From: Moniliella sp. 'wahieum'
Lineage: Eukaryota
Direction of reading: 5' to 3'
DNA: 64,000 bases
NCBI GenBank assembly: GCA_003971905.1
Contig: RSEE01000012.1
Location: forward strand, 620,001 to 684,000
A model generated the notes under the pieces. It had not been told where the DNA came from and ran no database searches. It worked only from the letters and a program-made list of their open reading frames with translations. The translations under genes and the position numbers were made by a program. This document shows positions 60,292 through 64,000 of this stretch, in pieces. Within the stretch, counting starts at the first letter, position 1, and each line of letters begins with the position of its first letter.

Positions 60292-62293
60292 CTGCTGCAG
60301 CAGCCCCCTCTACCTACCCTCTGGGCAAGCGGCAAGCTCCAGAGGGCGACTCTTCCCGTCCAATTCCCAATGCGTCTCAATCGCCTGTTGCCCCCGTTGG
60401 CAGCACCATAGCCCCCCGTCCCAGCGTTGGCTCGGGCAATGGGGACAAGAAGTCGGACGGTACCAATCCTGGTATTTTTACCGTCGCCATTGCCGGCCGC
60501 CCTTTTTGCAGTAGTTATCGGGCTGGCTCTGATACGGTTGGTTTACCGCCACCGCAATGGCCAACCCTTTTTCGGGACAAACCCCTCGGCCACGACCTCG
60601 CGTGCAGCTGCCACTCGTGCCACTCCAACCACGGCGGGTGCAACTGCCGGCGCTGCTGCAGGCACCGACGATACCACGCCTCGGTCGGCTATCGTAACTG
60701 TGGATGATCCATTGAAGCCACCTAAGTTGTGGGACGCCAAAGTTGCCGACTTTGATACTCTGGCCACCTTGGGCTATGCATACCCGGCTCTGACAATAAG
60801 GCAACTGGCCACAACGCTTGGGATCGCATCATGCCTGTCGCCGCTGCCCTCTCTCCGCAATTGTACCCCATTTTATTTGCTGATCAGGCCGAGAGCAACG
60901 CTCGTACAACGTCGGCCTCCCCTGCTGATACCAGTGAAGTCCGGGCCGGATCAAGTCGATGCGAAAGGGTGGTGGGGCCACGGCTACAAGTCCGGGGGGG
61001 CAGGACCGGATGAAGGCGATTCATTGGGGAATGAGCCTACGCCTGCGAGCGTCAATGTGACTGTGCTCATTGCAATGCCGAACCCATCGACAGTGGTGCC
61101 GTCCAGCTCGGGAGGGCCCCGTTGCCGGCGGCACGAGTGCAGATGCTACAATCGGAAGCGGGTGTGGCCCCCATGTCGGCTGCGTCCAAGATGGCCCGTC
61201 ATGCCTCTATGCGTTCTACCCGCTCCAATCGCTCCTTCCGTTCGATGCGTTCTTTTGCCTCTGCTCGTTCTGTCGCCTCTGCTCGCCGGTCTGCCTTCTT
61301 TGGTGCCGATTATGACCCCGCCATTGACACAGCAGCAGACAAGGAAGAAAAGAACAAGAACAGAATGCGGGTCGACCTGATGGACGCTGAGCCAACCGGC
61401 CGCTTGAGCGATGCTGGCTCTTCCTCTGAGGACAACAAGGCTGGCGACGATGTGGATGACGATGACGATGATAACGATGACGACGCTGAGGCGGAAGGAA
61501 TTCTTTCTGAGCTCATGTTTGGCACCGCCTCCGTTCCTATCTATACACTCCATTCTGCTTCCAACCCCAACCGGATTCCCTCGCGGTCAGGGTCCAGTGT
61601 GTATACGGGCGGGTTCAGCTACTCTTCTCGCGCACCACCCTCGCGAAATGACTTGTATGCCTTGTTGGCTCGCGCCCAGGATGTCAGAGACAACAAACCA
61701 ATCCCACCGATGAACATACTACTGCATCCACCGAAGCCGTCCCTGGCTCAGCGGGGGCCCAATTGGCACCGCCCCAAGCGGGCGTGCAGCCGACACGTGT
61801 CCCTTCGGTTCTGGGTGCTCCGGGGGCGCCTGCACGATCGGTAGTGGGAAGTGTCCACTCGGTCTCGCACCCACTCGCCAGCTCTCCGCCTCCACTTGCC
61901 GTGTCTCCCCCCCGATGCGTCTGAGCGTTTCTACCCAGTATGCCGTGCCGCTTCAGCCGCCGGCGACCCGGCTCGGTCGTTCCCGCCGTACGAGCTTTGG
62001 GCAACGCATCGCCTGCACCCATGCCTCCGTTGGCCACTCAGGACTTTTCCCTCTCCCCCTTGCCCAATCCGTGGAACTCATCGCCGTCGCCGTCTCCGTC
62101 GCCCATTGGCCCGCATGGTATACCCCCGCGCTCGTTCTCGGGTGCGCCCGCAGCGGACCTTCGGGTGGTAGAGGAAGAGGAGCCGTCCAGCCCGGGGGCA
62201 GGGCCGGTGGCCCCCCCTCCGCTCGCCCGCCCGACTGCTACCCGCTCTGCCCACGCCCGATACGATCTCGCGTGGCTCGGCTCGCTGCAGTGA
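60270..62293 (+). CDS. Uncharacterised single-pass membrane protein, frameshifted; ends uncertain
   Basis: KRQ followed by a Ser/Pro linker, TM segment IFTVAIA-AALFAVVIGLALIRL, then KPPKLWD, VTVLIAMP, an acidic run and ELMFGTASVP. Confidence 0.55.
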
Positions 62294-62981
62294 TTGGTAG
62301 CTCGCCCATGTTGGTTGGTGTTGTGGTCTTTGCGTCGCCTCTTCCGATCCGTCAGGGAATGTGCGTATGGTGCGGCGCTGCCGTCCTGCCGCTTTGGTTA
62401 TTAGGGGATCTCGGTCCTACTTCCCCCCCCCCCGCCCTTCCGCCGCAGAGACAATGTTGATATCTACCGCCCCCGCGTTTAGCCCCCCGCTGCCTGTATG
62501 TTGATCCGCGCATATCCCCTGTCGCATGCATGTGTTGGAACGAGTCTGTTAGGTAGCCAGGCCTGCGCCGAGGGAAGGAAGAGGGCAGCCGGCGATGGTG
62601 TTAAGCGGGTGCTAAGAGAGGCTATCATTCATTCCGAACCAGATTAAGCAGGGTGTTACATACTACGAGGCCTGTCGCATGGTGGCGCCACAACACGTTT
62701 CCATTTCAAAATTGCACATGGCATCACTGGAGCAGAGGGATGCTAGGGTTGGCTTTGCTCTGCTTGCTCGGTGACGCGTGACGCGTGATTACTGATTAAT
62801 GACCTTCTCGCTGGCACGGCTGGCGCGGTGGGACGGGATGGGGCCGGCAGGTTGCAGAAGCACTCGAGTACTCGAGCTCAAGCGGCAAGCACTCAGCGCC
62901 TACCTAGGAAACGCCGGCGGTGCCTTGTTGTGCCACCATCTCCGCCCACCTGTCAGACCCTGGCCACCGCCTCCAGCGTCC

Positions 62982-64000
62982 ATGGCCCCTCTGCCGTTTC
63001 TCCAGCGCAGGCGCGCGCTACGGTCCAGAACCTGCTCAAGTCGTCCGACCGCGTAGCCTACCTGACCTCGCGTCTCCATCCCCCCGCCGTCCAGCCGCAT
63101 TACCAGGCGCTGCGCGCCTTTGACCTCGAACTCCTTTCTCTCCGCAACTTGCCCGACCCCGAGCTCAGCCTCAAGCACATGGCCCAATGGAAGGAAGTCG
63201 TGCACGATATCTTTGCGGCGTCCCGCGGCAGCACCTCTGCCCCCCCACCCCCGCTCACCCCATTGCCGTCGCCCTTGCTGCCACCGTCTTGGACCCCGCT
63301 GTCCGCTCCAATCGCGTGGGCGGACTGCAAGAGTCGCGCTTGCTCACCCTTATCGAAACACGCGAACGGCAGTTGGACCCTATGCCCCCCTCCACCATCG
63401 AGGAAGTGGAAGAGATGGGGATCAACTCGTACGGCCAATTGTACCGGCTCACCCTCGACGCGGCTGGCATCCGCTCCTACCCGGACCAACCAGATCAGGA
63501 GGGTCCGGTGGAACGGCTGGTGAGCCAGCTGGGCAAGGCCGTCGGTATCACCTACGCATTGGCGCACACTCCCCCCTCGGCAATCGGCATGCCGGTCACA
63601 CCGCATAAGATGACGGCCCTGCACCAACCTACTGAAGTTGGGCCGGGCGGGGTTATGCCTGCGCCGGACCGACGCGGTCTCCTCTGCGGGTGCTGTTGCC
63701 TCTTGACGTGGTAACGCGCGGCGGGGTTGAACCCGGACCAAGTGATGCTCTTCTTTAACCCTTCGGTCCAATCCACCCGGCTCACCACAACCCCCGCGCA
63801 ACGCAAGATTTTGCCATCGGTTCCATTCTCGAGGAGATTATCTATGCGCTGGTGTACCGCACCCAGTCTCAGCTGCGCGACGTGCGAGCGACATGGAAAG
63901 CGCTGAAACGGGGGGCAGCCATGCCTGGGTCCACGGTGCATGCGGGTGCTGCTTCGGTCGCAGGCCCCATGGCCGAGCAGGCCAAGGCTGCCCTTGCCCG
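62982..64000 (+). CDS. Squalene/phytoene-synthase-fold protein, NDUFAF6-like (complex I assembly factor), partial
   Basis: VQNLLKSSDRVAYL..YQALRAFDLEL, QWKEVVHDIF, HPIAVAL, LLTLIETRERQL, QLGKAVGI; runs off the window end. Confidence 0.7.

Noticed and set aside
1..64000. Pervasive frameshifts read as mass pseudogenisation, programmed frameshifting or insertional RNA editing
   Set aside because: They hit essential genes (SUB2, TRA1, PIK1), and the cases I inspected are 1-2 nt losses from short homopolymers (SUB2 near 20215 and 19955). This is typical of unpolished long reads. Short-read mapping would settle it.

Overview
Gene-dense, GC-rich eukaryotic DNA with short GT-AG introns. Gene content and style suggest a basidiomycete fungus, possibly Ustilaginomycotina; this is inference. 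About 21 protein-coding loci can be supported: a multi-FAS1 membrane protein, a DMT/SLC35F-like transporter, an APC amino-acid permease, EAF3, a WHI2-like BTB protein, a PQ-loop protein, an NIF/FCP1-like HAD protein, SUB2/UAP56, a GT15 (KRE2/KTR-like) mannosyltransferase, a copia Gag/protease-like orphan, a DUF3844 protein, PIK1, TRA1, RPL24, a CRAL-TRIO protein, a Cys-motif orphan, a bZIP-DUF3425 factor, a Cdc25/Ych1-like rhodanese phosphatase, a GILT-like thiol reductase, a single-pass membrane protein and a partial NDUFAF6-like gene. Nearly all genes, including essential ones, are broken by 1-2 nt deletions, most likely unpolished long-read errors, so boundaries are approximate. The most interesting signals are: (1) a recurring intergenic grammar, TGA-[self-complementary 4-mer]-TGA, often in 7-bp-period arrays, upstream of many genes and with many different spacers; (2) a diverged inverted repeat pair with outer hairpins bracketing RPL24 and the CRAL-TRIO gene; (3) a stand-alone copia-like gag-protease gene without visible LTRs or pol; (4) a long, structured SUB2 intron with alternative pairings; (5) 12 consecutive co-oriented genes. 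No tRNA, rRNA or CRISPR array was recognised.
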